Assembly (NCBI GenBank): GCA_038245405.1
Contig: JBBRSO010000002.1
Coordinates: forward strand, 2,366 to 66,365
Length of the DNA stretch: 64,000 nt
DNA from: Bacteroidales bacterium
GTDB lineage: Bacteria; Bacteroidota; Bacteroidia; Bacteroidales; VadinHA17
Reading direction: 5' to 3'
A program made the translations under genes and the position numbers. The notes beneath the pieces were generated by a model. The model was not told the DNA's origin. It was given only the letters and a program-made list of their open reading frames with translations, and did no database searches. Positions 17,562-25,684 of the stretch are shown here, piece by piece (position 1 is the first letter of the stretch; each line of letters opens with the position of its first letter).

Positions 17562-17691
17562 TTTGCTAAATTAAAGTTTGGTAATGGCGAAATAATTACA
17601 GAATTTTTAAAATAAGTTACATCTTTCACACATTTACCAGCAAGTCTCATCATCTTTAATATCTGTACAGGTCAGAGTATGAGAGAGGGAT

Positions 17692-18738
17692 TTATGGCTC
17701 AATAATAACTTTCATTGTCTTGTTCTTTGTGGCATTGCCGAAAACTTCATAAGCATGAAGAATCTCCTCCAGTTTGAAATGATGAGTTATAAGCTTGCCA
17801 GGGTATATTTTGCCTGATGAAACTGTTTTCAGGAGCATAGGAGTAGTATTTGTATTTACCAATCCGGTAGTAAGAGTTATGTTTCGAATCCACAGATCCT
17901 GAAGTTTAAGATCCACGCTATGCCCGTGAACACCGACTACAGCAATATGTCCACCAGGACGAACTATATTCTGGCAAATTTCGAAAGTGTCAGAAATACC
18001 TACTGCTTCAATGGATACATCCACACCATCTTTTGTTTCTGACATTATCTTTTTTACGGCATCTTCCGACCCGGAATTGATGATATTGGTGGCTCCGAAT
18101 TTTTTGGCCATATTTAATCGATTATCATCCAGATCGATCATGTAGATTTTTGCAGGTGAGTAGAAAAGAGCAGTCAGGAGTGCCGACATCCCTACCGGTC
18201 CCGCACCAACGATTGCAATTGTGTCTCCTGGTTTTACGGTTCCGTTCAGTACTCCAATTTCATGACCCGTCGGCAATATATCGCTTAACATTACCAATGC
18301 TTCCTCGTCAGCACCTGTCGGAACATGGTGAAGGCTGTTGTCGGCATGCGGAATACGCACGTATTCTGCCTGGGTACCATTAATGATGTTTCCAAGGATC
18401 CATCCTCCATCTTCGCAATGGGAGTACATTTGTTTTTTACAGTATTCACAAACGCCATCGGAGGTAATACAAGAAATGATAACATGGTCTCCTTTTTTAA
18501 AGTTCATTACAGCAGTACCAGCCTCCTCAATAACGCCAATGCCTTCATGTCCAAGAATAGTTCCTTTCTGAACTGATGGAGTCTTCCCTTTTAAAATACC
18601 CAAATCTGTTCCGCAAATAGTGGTTTTCAATATTTTAACTAGTGCATCTGTGGGTTTCAGAATAACTGGTTTTGGCACCTCTTTTAATTCTATTTTCCCT
18701 GTTCCGTTAAATACGAGACCCTTCATTGTTGTTTTCAT
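17692..18738 (-). CDS. zinc-dependent alcohol dehydrogenase family protein
   Basis: 348 aa. GHEGIGVIEEAG catalytic Zn motif, a structural Zn Cys cluster (CEYCKKQMYSHC) and the GAGPVG Rossmann motif. Confidence 0.85.
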   Translation of the reverse strand: MKTTMKGLVFNGTGKIELKEVPKPVILKPTDALVKILKTTICGTDLGILKGKTPSVQKGTILGHEGIGVIEEAGTAVMNFKKGDHVIISCITSDGVCEYCKKQMYSHCEDGGWILGNIINGTQAEYVRIPHADNSLHHVPTGADEEALVMLSDILPTGHEIGVLNGTVKPGDTIAIVGAGPVGMSALLTALFYSPAKIYMIDLDDNRLNMAKKFGATNIINSGSEDAVKKIMSETKDGVDVSIEAVGISDTFEICQNIVRPGGHIAVVGVHGHSVDLKLQDLWIRNITLTTGLVNTNTTPMLLKTVSSGKIYPGKLITHHFKLEEILHAYEVFGNATKNKTMKVIIEP

Positions 18739-18785
18739 CTGGTTATTTTATTTATTATTTGACTTTTATACTTTCTGCAAAACGC

Positions 18786-18990
18786 TCATTTTAAGACACC
18801 GGCAGCCCCGGAAAAACACGCTTGCCGTAAACCGATAAATTCCCGATCATCGCAATAATAGGTTCTTGATTTGGACGGTTTGTCGTCCGCTTATTGTTGT
18901 TGAACGAGACTCATAGACAAAACGCTCCATCTCAACAATTTGTTCAATTATTATTCTTATTAAAGCGCCTAATTTCATGATGCAGGACAA
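18786..18990 (-). pseudogene. degraded duplicate of the 3' end of the glucoamylase/GH144-like gene
   Basis: Two DNA blocks match the 3' end of the gene at 20893-21823. 18809-18840 (CCGGAAAAACACGCTTGCCGTAAACCGATAAA) matches 20906-20937. 18846-18873 (ATCATCGCAATAATAGGTTCTTGATTTG) matches 20993-21020. About 48 bp between the blocks is missing here. No intact frame remains. The upstream extent is uncertain. Confidence 0.4.
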
Positions 18991-19229
18991 ATTCGAGGCA
19001 TTGTGCTTGAAAATGTATGAATTTTGCAATTTATTCCAAAAATTTTGTAACACTATTCAGGATAAAGCTTTCAACCTTTGCAAACAAATAAATTTAAATT
19101 TTCTTGTACATAGAAAATGCAATGATTTATATCTGACATAAAGAACAAATATCCAATATAAAAATGGGCAACAGCATATCTGAAGAATGGTCAACAGCAT
19201 AACTGAAGAAAAATCTAATTCAAGTAAAA
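18986..19229 (+). promoter_or_regulatory. conserved upstream/leader region of the Met-rich protein gene (copy 2)
   Basis: Paralog of 3208-3452. AATTTTGCAA at 19020-19029 and AATTTTGTAA at 19041-19050 are 21 bp apart. It also has the TTTGCAAA palindrome and the 23-bp tandem repeat, with 2 mismatches in the second unit. Confidence 0.45.
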
Positions 19230-19670
19230 ATGAAAAATAGAAAATTTAATACTCTGGCATTATCGCTTATGCTTATGGGATGCTTTATATCAGGGAGCTC
19301 TTTTGCTCAAACCACCACCAAAGCTGTAGAGATGAATCAAGGAAATATGATGAATAATGGTGATACATTGAATCATAACAAGATGATGAATCATGGTAAT
19401 ATGATGAATAATAATGATACGTTGAGTCATGGTAAGATGATGAATAATGATTACTACATGATGAAAGCCGGTAAAATGATGATGGTCATGAAGGACGGGA
19501 AAGAAATGCCCATGAATAAAGACATAACTATGAATAATGGGACCAAATGTATGACGAATGGCGAATACGTCACAAAAGACGGTAAAAAAATGAAAATGAA
19601 AGAGGGCGACAGGATTGATATGAACGGGAATATGAGTCATGGCGAAATGATGAATAGAGGTAAGAAATAA
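19230..19670 (+). CDS. secreted methionine-rich protein, paralog of 3453-3995
   Basis: 146 aa. Signal peptide MKNRKFNTLALSLMLMGCFISGSSFAQ. 25 of 119 mature residues are Met. It has one copy of the ~65-aa unit, preceded by (N/H)G(N/K)MMN repeats. Confidence 0.8.
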   Translation: MKNRKFNTLALSLMLMGCFISGSSFAQTTTKAVEMNQGNMMNNGDTLNHNKMMNHGNMMNNNDTLSHGKMMNNDYYMMKAGKMMMVMKDGKEMPMNKDITMNNGTKCMTNGEYVTKDGKKMKMKEGDRIDMNGNMSHGEMMNRGKK

Positions 19671-19837
19671 TAAATCAGGGCGGAAATCCATGTCGTGAGC
19701 GATGGGAAAATGAAACCCACATGATTGATTCAGTCATAAACACGGAGGTAAATAATAATTGTGGATGATAAAGTACCTTCGGCAGGAATGCCGGAACATA
19801 GTCAAATTATTGAATTGAAAAATAAAAACAAAACATC

Positions 19838-20224
19838 ATGAAGTACTACATTGAAAAAACCACCAATTATTCTTTCGACGAAGCCGTTGAAAAAGTGACC
19901 GAAGAACTAAAAAAAGAAGGCTTTGGCGTACTGTCAGAAATTAACATCCACGAAAAACTGAAAGAAAAGCTGGATGTGAATTTCAGAAAATATAAGATTT
20001 TAGGAGCTTGTAACCCATCAAAGGCTTATGAAGCCTTGCAGGCAGAAGACAAAATAGGCACCATGCTGCCCTGTAATGTAATTGTACAGGAACTGGAAGA
20101 CGGAAAAACCGAAGTGGCTGCAGTTGACCCGACAGCTTCGATGCAGGCCGTGGATAACGAAAAACTTGCATCCATTGCCGGCGAAATAAAAGGAAAACTT
20201 GAAAAGGTAATCAGGAATTTGTAA
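19838..20224 (+). CDS. DUF302 domain-containing protein
   Basis: 128 aa. ...SFDEAVEKVTEELKKEGFGVLSEINIHEKLKEKL...YKILGACNP...LPCNVIVQE... is typical of DUF302. Confidence 0.85.
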   Translation: MKYYIEKTTNYSFDEAVEKVTEELKKEGFGVLSEINIHEKLKEKLDVNFRKYKILGACNPSKAYEALQAEDKIGTMLPCNVIVQELEDGKTEVAAVDPTASMQAVDNEKLASIAGEIKGKLEKVIRNL

Positions 20225-20268
20225 AAACTAGCAAGCAGAAAATCTATAAATGCAGGAGGAAACTGTAA

Positions 20269-20808
20269 ATGGAAACAAAAGAAAAAACACACAGTATCTA
20301 CTTGAAATTTTTTGTGATGATAGGCACATCTATGGTTGCAATGTTCTTTTTGATGTATTTGAATTCCTACCAAATCATCGATCACTTTTGGTTTAGTGAA
20401 ACGCGGTTATACATGACTTTGATTATGGGCGGGGCTATGATAGTGATAATGCTCTTGTTTATGATCAGGATGTATACTAACAGCAAAGCAAACTCAGCGA
20501 TTATTATTGGTGGCATCGTCCTGCTTGCTGCTTCGGTATGGCTGGTCAGAAGTCAGGTTACAGTCAGCGATGTTGATTATATGGAAGGTATGATCCCTCA
20601 TCATTCCATCGCCATTCTCACAAGTAAAAATGCAGTGATCGAAGATGTGAGGGTTAGGGAACTTGCAGATGGAATCATAAAAGCTCAACGCAAGGAAATC
20701 AAGGAAATGGAATGGTTGATTAAAGACATCAGGAAAAATGGTTTGGTGAAAACAACGGCAGAATCAGAATCTCGTTCGGTCCCGGAATTCGCAAGCACAA
20801 CGGAGTAG
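20269..20808 (+). CDS. DUF305 domain-containing membrane protein
   Basis: 179 aa. N-terminal TM helices, then ...YMEGMIPHHSIAI...ELADGIIKAQRKEIKEMEWL..., the DUF305 signature. Confidence 0.8.
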   Translation: METKEKTHSIYLKFFVMIGTSMVAMFFLMYLNSYQIIDHFWFSETRLYMTLIMGGAMIVIMLLFMIRMYTNSKANSAIIIGGIVLLAASVWLVRSQVTVSDVDYMEGMIPHHSIAILTSKNAVIEDVRVRELADGIIKAQRKEIKEMEWLIKDIRKNGLVKTTAESESRSVPEFASTTE

Positions 20809-20892
20809 AGGAAACTCAGGTTTCCAGGAAAATAAGGCTTTAAAAGTGAAAAGGATGGCAAGATAAAATGCTTCTGATTTATGAAGTTTGAG

Positions 20893-21823
20893 TCACAACC
20901 AGCCTCCGGAAAAACCTGCACGCCGTAAACCGTTAATTATGTATGGACAGTTCCGCATCAGTCTCCATAAAAGGCCTGTTCTATAATTCTCTATCATCGC
21001 AATTATTGGTCCCTGATTGATCCCAAAATGCCACGGAGAGACCCAGCCATAAGGATTTTGGGATTTATGAGGATATGTAGGATTAAATGTCGCTTTGAAA
21101 CCATAAGGATTACCCGTTTTCAACCTTAACTCGTGCGTCATATAGTCAAGCGCCGGCAACACGATCTCAGGAGCAAAAGGTAGGGAAGCTACGACTGCCC
21201 ATGGTGCAATGGTGCCATCATCAGGACCATACGGTACACCGCGACCTTTGTAATCGAAATACCGGTGCTTCTGCCCATCTGTTATACGGGCACCAGGACC
21301 GGGGCCGTCGCTTGCGGTAATTCCCCAGGAATTCCGGCCATAACCTGCAAATTTATGCGGGTTGTCGATCGCATATTGTTGCTGAACGTAGGTCCTGCTC
21401 GTCAGGCGTATCGGCATCAAAGTAAACACCAGTTGTAAGAGCGCCAGCGAATAAAATGGCGCTGTCGACAGTCGACAGTTCGCATTTCCAGGCGCGCTGA
21501 CCTGTTTTCATGTCGAGGAAATGATAATAAAAACCGTGGTAGCCTGTTGCGTCAGGTTCAGGTCCCTGAAGGCTGTTCCAGAAAAACCGAAGTGTTGTAA
21601 GTACTGTTTCAATGGCAGAATCACGAGTGATAAACCCTCGCTCAACTGCTACAGGGTAACTTGCCAATGCCAGACCTGTGGCAGCAATACTCGAAGGCCA
21701 ATTTGGTGCGGTCTTGTCTGAGACCAATCCATTTTCCGGATTGGTCTCATGAAGGAAGTAACCGAATGTCTCGCACTGAAGTCTTTCAAGTTCGGTTTCG
21801 GCTGTGGTTTTCTTACTGCTCAT
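20893..21823 (-). pseudogene. glucoamylase-family/GH144-like (PF10091-type) gene with an internal out-of-frame deletion
   Basis: ORFs 21353-21823 and 20893-21429 overlap in different frames. The N-part ends ...ALTTGVYFDADTPDEQD and the C-part homology starts at TYVQQQYAIDNPHKFAGYG...GITASDGPG...YGPDDGTIAPWAVVASLPFAPE. The junction is at about 21386-21400. The central part of the family is absent. Confidence 0.7.
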
Positions 21824-21836
21824 TATATCATCATAT

Positions 21837-23498
21837 TTATCCGCTCCCCGGCTTACCCATATGTAATGAGTCGTTAACGATTAATTGCGCTTCATCAAGT
21901 ATTCGTTTCAAATGATCTGTTCCCTTAAAGCTTTCTGCATAAATCTTATATATATTTTCTGTCCCTGACGGACGCGCTGCAAACCATCCGTTTTTGGCAA
22001 TAACCTTTAATCCCCCTATAGGTGCACCGTTGCCTGGTGCGTGGGTGAGTACAGATTGCATTTTTTCACCTGCCAGATCAGTGATCTTAACCAGCTCGGG
22101 CGAGAGTTTAGCAAGCTGAACTTTTTGTTCGGCGGTTGCCGGTGCTTCGAAACGGTCATAAACCGGTTCTCCGAACTGTTCAGTAAGTTTTTTATATATT
22201 TCGCCAGGATCAAGGCCAACCCGGGCAGTAATTTCGGCAGCCAGCAGCGCAGGGACAATGCCATCTTTATCTGTTGTCCATACTTTACCATTTTTACGCA
22301 TAAAAGAGGCGCCTGCACTCTCTTCTCCTCCAAAACCCAGGGAACCATTAAATAATCCATCCACAAACCACTTAAAACCCACCGGTACTTCGTAGAGCTT
22401 TCTGCCAAGTTTTGAGGTTATCATATCTATCAGCTGACTGCTCACAACAGTTTTGCCCACAGCTGCTATTTTGCTCCACTCTGGCCTGTGCCGAAAGAGA
22501 TAATCGATTGCAACAGAAAGGTAATGGTTCGGGGGAAGCAAACCCGAACTCTTTGTAACAATACCATGTCTGTCGTGATCGGTATCGCAGGCTAATGAAA
22601 TATCGAATTGATCTTTAATTGCAATCAGTCTCTGCATTGCATAAGGTGAAGAAGGATCCATCCGGATCTGACCATCCCAATCGACTGTCATAAAACGGAA
22701 AGTAGGATCCACGGTTTCATTTACAACCGTAAGGTCCAATCCATAGCATTCAGCTATTGGCTGCCAGTAATGGACCCCGGCACCACCGAGAGGATCAACC
22801 CCAATTTTAATTTTTGATGACCGGATAACATCCATGTCTATTATGGAATCAAGATCGTTTATGTAGGTATTATGAAAATCATACCTGTGAGTTGTGGTAG
22901 CATGAAGAGCTTTTTCAAATGAAATCCTTTTTACATCCTTAAGCTTATCTTTAAGAATTCCGTTTGCTTTCTTCTCAATCCATCCTGTTACATTATCATT
23001 AGCAGGTCCTCCGTTTGGCGGATTATATTTAAAACCGCCATCCTTTGGGGGATTATGAGAAGGAGTAATCACTATTCCATCAGCAAGCCCGGTTTTTCTG
23101 TCTCTATTATATCTTAAAATAGCATGTGAAATGACAGGAGTAGGAACATATTCATCATTTTCGGCCAGCATAACCTGAACACTATTTCCGGCTAATACTT
23201 CCAGTGCTGTTACAAGTGCAGGCTCTGAGAGAGCATGTGTGTCCTTTCCAAGAAACAAGGGGCCATCTATTTTATTCCGGATCCGGTATAAACAGATTGC
23301 CTGGGTTACAGCAAGAATATGCCATTCATTAAATGAAGTATCAAATGATGAACCCCTATGACCGGAAGTCCCAAACATAACTTTTTGTTCTCTTACATTT
23401 ATGTCAGGGATTTCAGAGAAATAGCTTGTTATAAGTTTGGGAATATTTACAAGTATCTCATTACTAGCAGGCTTGCCTGCTAATTGACTTATATCCAT
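21837..23498 (-). CDS. pgm: phosphoglucomutase, alpha-D-glucose phosphate-specific
   Basis: 553 aa. FGTSGHRGSS, the active-site loop TPSHNPPKDGGFKYN, ...DTDHDRHGIV... and ...GGEESAGASF... Confidence 0.93.
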   Translation of the reverse strand: MDISQLAGKPASNEILVNIPKLITSYFSEIPDINVREQKVMFGTSGHRGSSFDTSFNEWHILAVTQAICLYRIRNKIDGPLFLGKDTHALSEPALVTALEVLAGNSVQVMLAENDEYVPTPVISHAILRYNRDRKTGLADGIVITPSHNPPKDGGFKYNPPNGGPANDNVTGWIEKKANGILKDKLKDVKRISFEKALHATTTHRYDFHNTYINDLDSIIDMDVIRSSKIKIGVDPLGGAGVHYWQPIAECYGLDLTVVNETVDPTFRFMTVDWDGQIRMDPSSPYAMQRLIAIKDQFDISLACDTDHDRHGIVTKSSGLLPPNHYLSVAIDYLFRHRPEWSKIAAVGKTVVSSQLIDMITSKLGRKLYEVPVGFKWFVDGLFNGSLGFGGEESAGASFMRKNGKVWTTDKDGIVPALLAAEITARVGLDPGEIYKKLTEQFGEPVYDRFEAPATAEQKVQLAKLSPELVKITDLAGEKMQSVLTHAPGNGAPIGGLKVIAKNGWFAARPSGTENIYKIYAESFKGTDHLKRILDEAQLIVNDSLHMGKPGSG

Positions 23499-23555
23499 AT
23501 TTTAGCCTTATTAAAAATCTTCCCTGTAAAGAACCGGAAGTGCCGTTATTACTTT

Positions 23556-23957
23556 TTATTTGGTAAAAGTAGTCCTGGAAATCTCGATACCTTGTGGGTA
23601 CGAATTATTACCCTGATCCTCGGCTGTTATAAAAATTTCTTTTACGTCAAAAGGGGTGGAAGTTTTTAATGTAGCCGTTTGTGCATTTTTAATATTAAGC
23701 TGCCCTATATTCTTTGTCTCATTATCTCTTGTTACAATCCAAACACTATAGTTGTTTTTTGGTGGATTAAGCCTGTCGGCGCTTGCCAGACTTTTTGCAG
23801 TAACTTCAATAAGATAATTTTTATTTTTGTCTTGTGTCTTTTTTGCAGTTATTACCGATGCAGGTGCTACATCAGATGTTGGAAATTTTGCAACTGAACC
23901 ACAGGATGTTAAAAGCAAAACAATTACTCCTAAAGATACATTTTTAAAATTTTTCAT
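23556..23957 (-). CDS. lipoprotein of unknown function (paralog A)
   Basis: The start was moved to ATG 23957 (MKNFKNVSLGVIVLLLTSCGS). It shares PPKN.Y.VW...N.G and IFITAED....YP.G motifs with 24168-24608. Confidence 0.6.
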   Translation of the reverse strand: MKNFKNVSLGVIVLLLTSCGSVAKFPTSDVAPASVITAKKTQDKNKNYLIEVTAKSLASADRLNPPKNNYSVWIVTRDNETKNIGQLNIKNAQTATLKTSTPFDVKEIFITAEDQGNNSYPQGIEISRTTFTK

Positions 23958-24167
23958 TTTATTTAGTATTAAAATTTTTCCTACTCTTATGGTTTTTTCG
24001 GAAATCACCCCTTTGAAATGTTTGGTCATTTTTATTTCGATATTTAAACAATAAGTAATCCTACCATTTTTTTATAACCCTTAATATGTAGAGTTGTTTT
24101 TGATTCTAATACAACAACAGCTTGTGGTTTATTTTTCATTTTCGGTAACTCAAGTAGATTTGAGGTT

Positions 24168-24608
24168 TTAAAAAGAATCTGTTGTCAATGCAACGGGACC
24201 GACAGGATACTGAATATTTGCCTCATCCTCGGCTGTAATGAAGATCCTGGACGGTTTAAATGAGGAAATAGTCTTAAAGGAACCTTTTAATTTTTTGGAT
24301 AAGAATGAAGACGAGCTATTTATCTTACCCAGGTTTTTTGCATTGTTAGCAGTCTCCATCCATACAACATATACATTCTTCGGGGGCTGAAGTCTTTCAG
24401 GTCCGGCCAGATTTGTCAGTTCGATGTCTATAACATTATTTTTGTTTTTATCCTGTTTTATTTTTACATAACCTTGCGCTGCAGGAACAACGGAAGAGTT
24501 CAAAAACTTTACTTTTTTACCACAAGAGCTAAAAGAAATTATTATAAATAACAATGCAAAAACAAATAGGACTTTTTTTGTGTGGTTCTTCAAACTTGTT
24601 GTTTTCAT
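24168..24608 (-). CDS. lipoprotein of unknown function (paralog B)
   Basis: 146 aa. Lipobox IISFSSCGK. Paralogous to 23556-23957. Confidence 0.6.
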   Translation of the reverse strand: MKTTSLKNHTKKVLFVFALLFIIISFSSCGKKVKFLNSSVVPAAQGYVKIKQDKNKNNVIDIELTNLAGPERLQPPKNVYVVWMETANNAKNLGKINSSSSFLSKKLKGSFKTISSFKPSRIFITAEDEANIQYPVGPVALTTDSF

Positions 24609-24858
24609 TTGAATTGGCCTTAAATAGAAATTATCTTAATATACATTAAAGATACATGTTTTTGTTAGGGAAAGCGTTATAGAATTTCAAAAAAAAGTTA
24701 CAGCATTCACGCTTTCAGATTACTGGATTATTCTCTATTATTATTAGACACACTTGAACGTCTCAAAAGTTTTCAAAATTTAAATATTGCCTTAGGTTTT
24801 CAACTTATGACTGGATAATATGTTCTAGAGAGTATCAGGTTTGCTTCATTGTAATTGA

Positions 24859-24866
24859 TAAATTTG
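24859..24866 (+). promoter_or_regulatory. candidate Bacteroidota -7 promoter box
   Basis: TAAATTTG matches TAnnTTTG and ends 7 nt before ATG 24874, implying a very short leader. Confidence 0.3.
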
Positions 24867-24873
24867 TATTATC

Positions 24874-25653
24874 ATGAGCCAACACATTATGCAAAGAACA
24901 AAAACAATTATTACATTTTTAGTGATTGGACTTTCTAATTGTTTAGTAATAAATTCACAATCTCTTACCGCTAAAGACATCATTCGAAAGGCGGATGAAA
25001 ATTTCAACGGGGAAAAGTCGAGCATTGTAACGATGTCTATGACCATCATCCGGCCAACATGGCAGAGAACAGTTGAGTTCAAAAGCTGGTCGCTCGGAAA
25101 AGATTATTCCCTTACATTAATTACTGCTCCTGCAAAAGATGCAGGACAGACTTTTCTCAAGAGGTTAAATGAGATGTGGGATTGGAATCCTGCTATTAAC
25201 AGACTTATAAAACTTCCTCCTTCTATGATGTCGCAGGGATGGATGGGGTCGGATTACACCAACGATGATATACTTAAAGAATCATCTGTTGTAAAGGATT
25301 ATACTCATGAAATTACAGGCGAGGAAACAATTGCAGGACGCGATTGTTACAAAATTAATATGGTACCAAAAAAGGATGCTGTTGTAGTCTGGGGACATCA
25401 GATAAGATGGGTTGATAAAAAGGATTTCCTGGTAATGAAAACCGAACTCTATGATGAGGATGGAGTTCTTGTAAGGACAGAGACAGGAAGTGACATCAGA
25501 ACCATGGACGGAAGAGTAATCCAAACTAAGATTGAACTAGTTCCAACTGACGATCCCGGTAACAAAACGGTTCTGGTTATAAAGGATGTAAAATTTAATG
25601 CGCCTTTGAAGGAGAGCTTTTTCTCACAACAGAACATGAAAAATTTAAGATAG
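24874..25653 (+). CDS. outer-membrane lipoprotein-sorting (LolA-like) protein
   Basis: 259 aa with a signal peptide. ...LTAKDIIRKADENFNGEKS...FLKRLNEMWDWNPAINRLIKLPPSMMSQGWMGSDYTNDD... is typical of the LolA_like family that accompanies FtsX permeases. Confidence 0.8.
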   Translation: MSQHIMQRTKTIITFLVIGLSNCLVINSQSLTAKDIIRKADENFNGEKSSIVTMSMTIIRPTWQRTVEFKSWSLGKDYSLTLITAPAKDAGQTFLKRLNEMWDWNPAINRLIKLPPSMMSQGWMGSDYTNDDILKESSVVKDYTHEITGEETIAGRDCYKINMVPKKDAVVVWGHQIRWVDKKDFLVMKTELYDEDGVLVRTETGSDIRTMDGRVIQTKIELVPTDDPGNKTVLVIKDVKFNAPLKESFFSQQNMKNLR

Positions 25654-25684
25654 TTACCTCAGTCCACGGCAAACCAACGGAATT

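Noticed and set aside
18786-20892. Calling the second metal cassette a mobile element (transposon, integron cassette or ICE fragment).
   Set aside because: No transposase, integrase, attC-like site or terminal inverted repeats are visible. Only the duplicated flanking gene fragment supports insertion, so it is reported as a finding rather than a mobile_element feature.
21353-21429. The overlap of the two glucoamylase-like ORFs as a programmed ribosomal frameshift site.
   Set aside because: There is no slippery heptamer. The sequence on both sides corresponds to distant parts of the family, with the central region missing, which fits a deletion.
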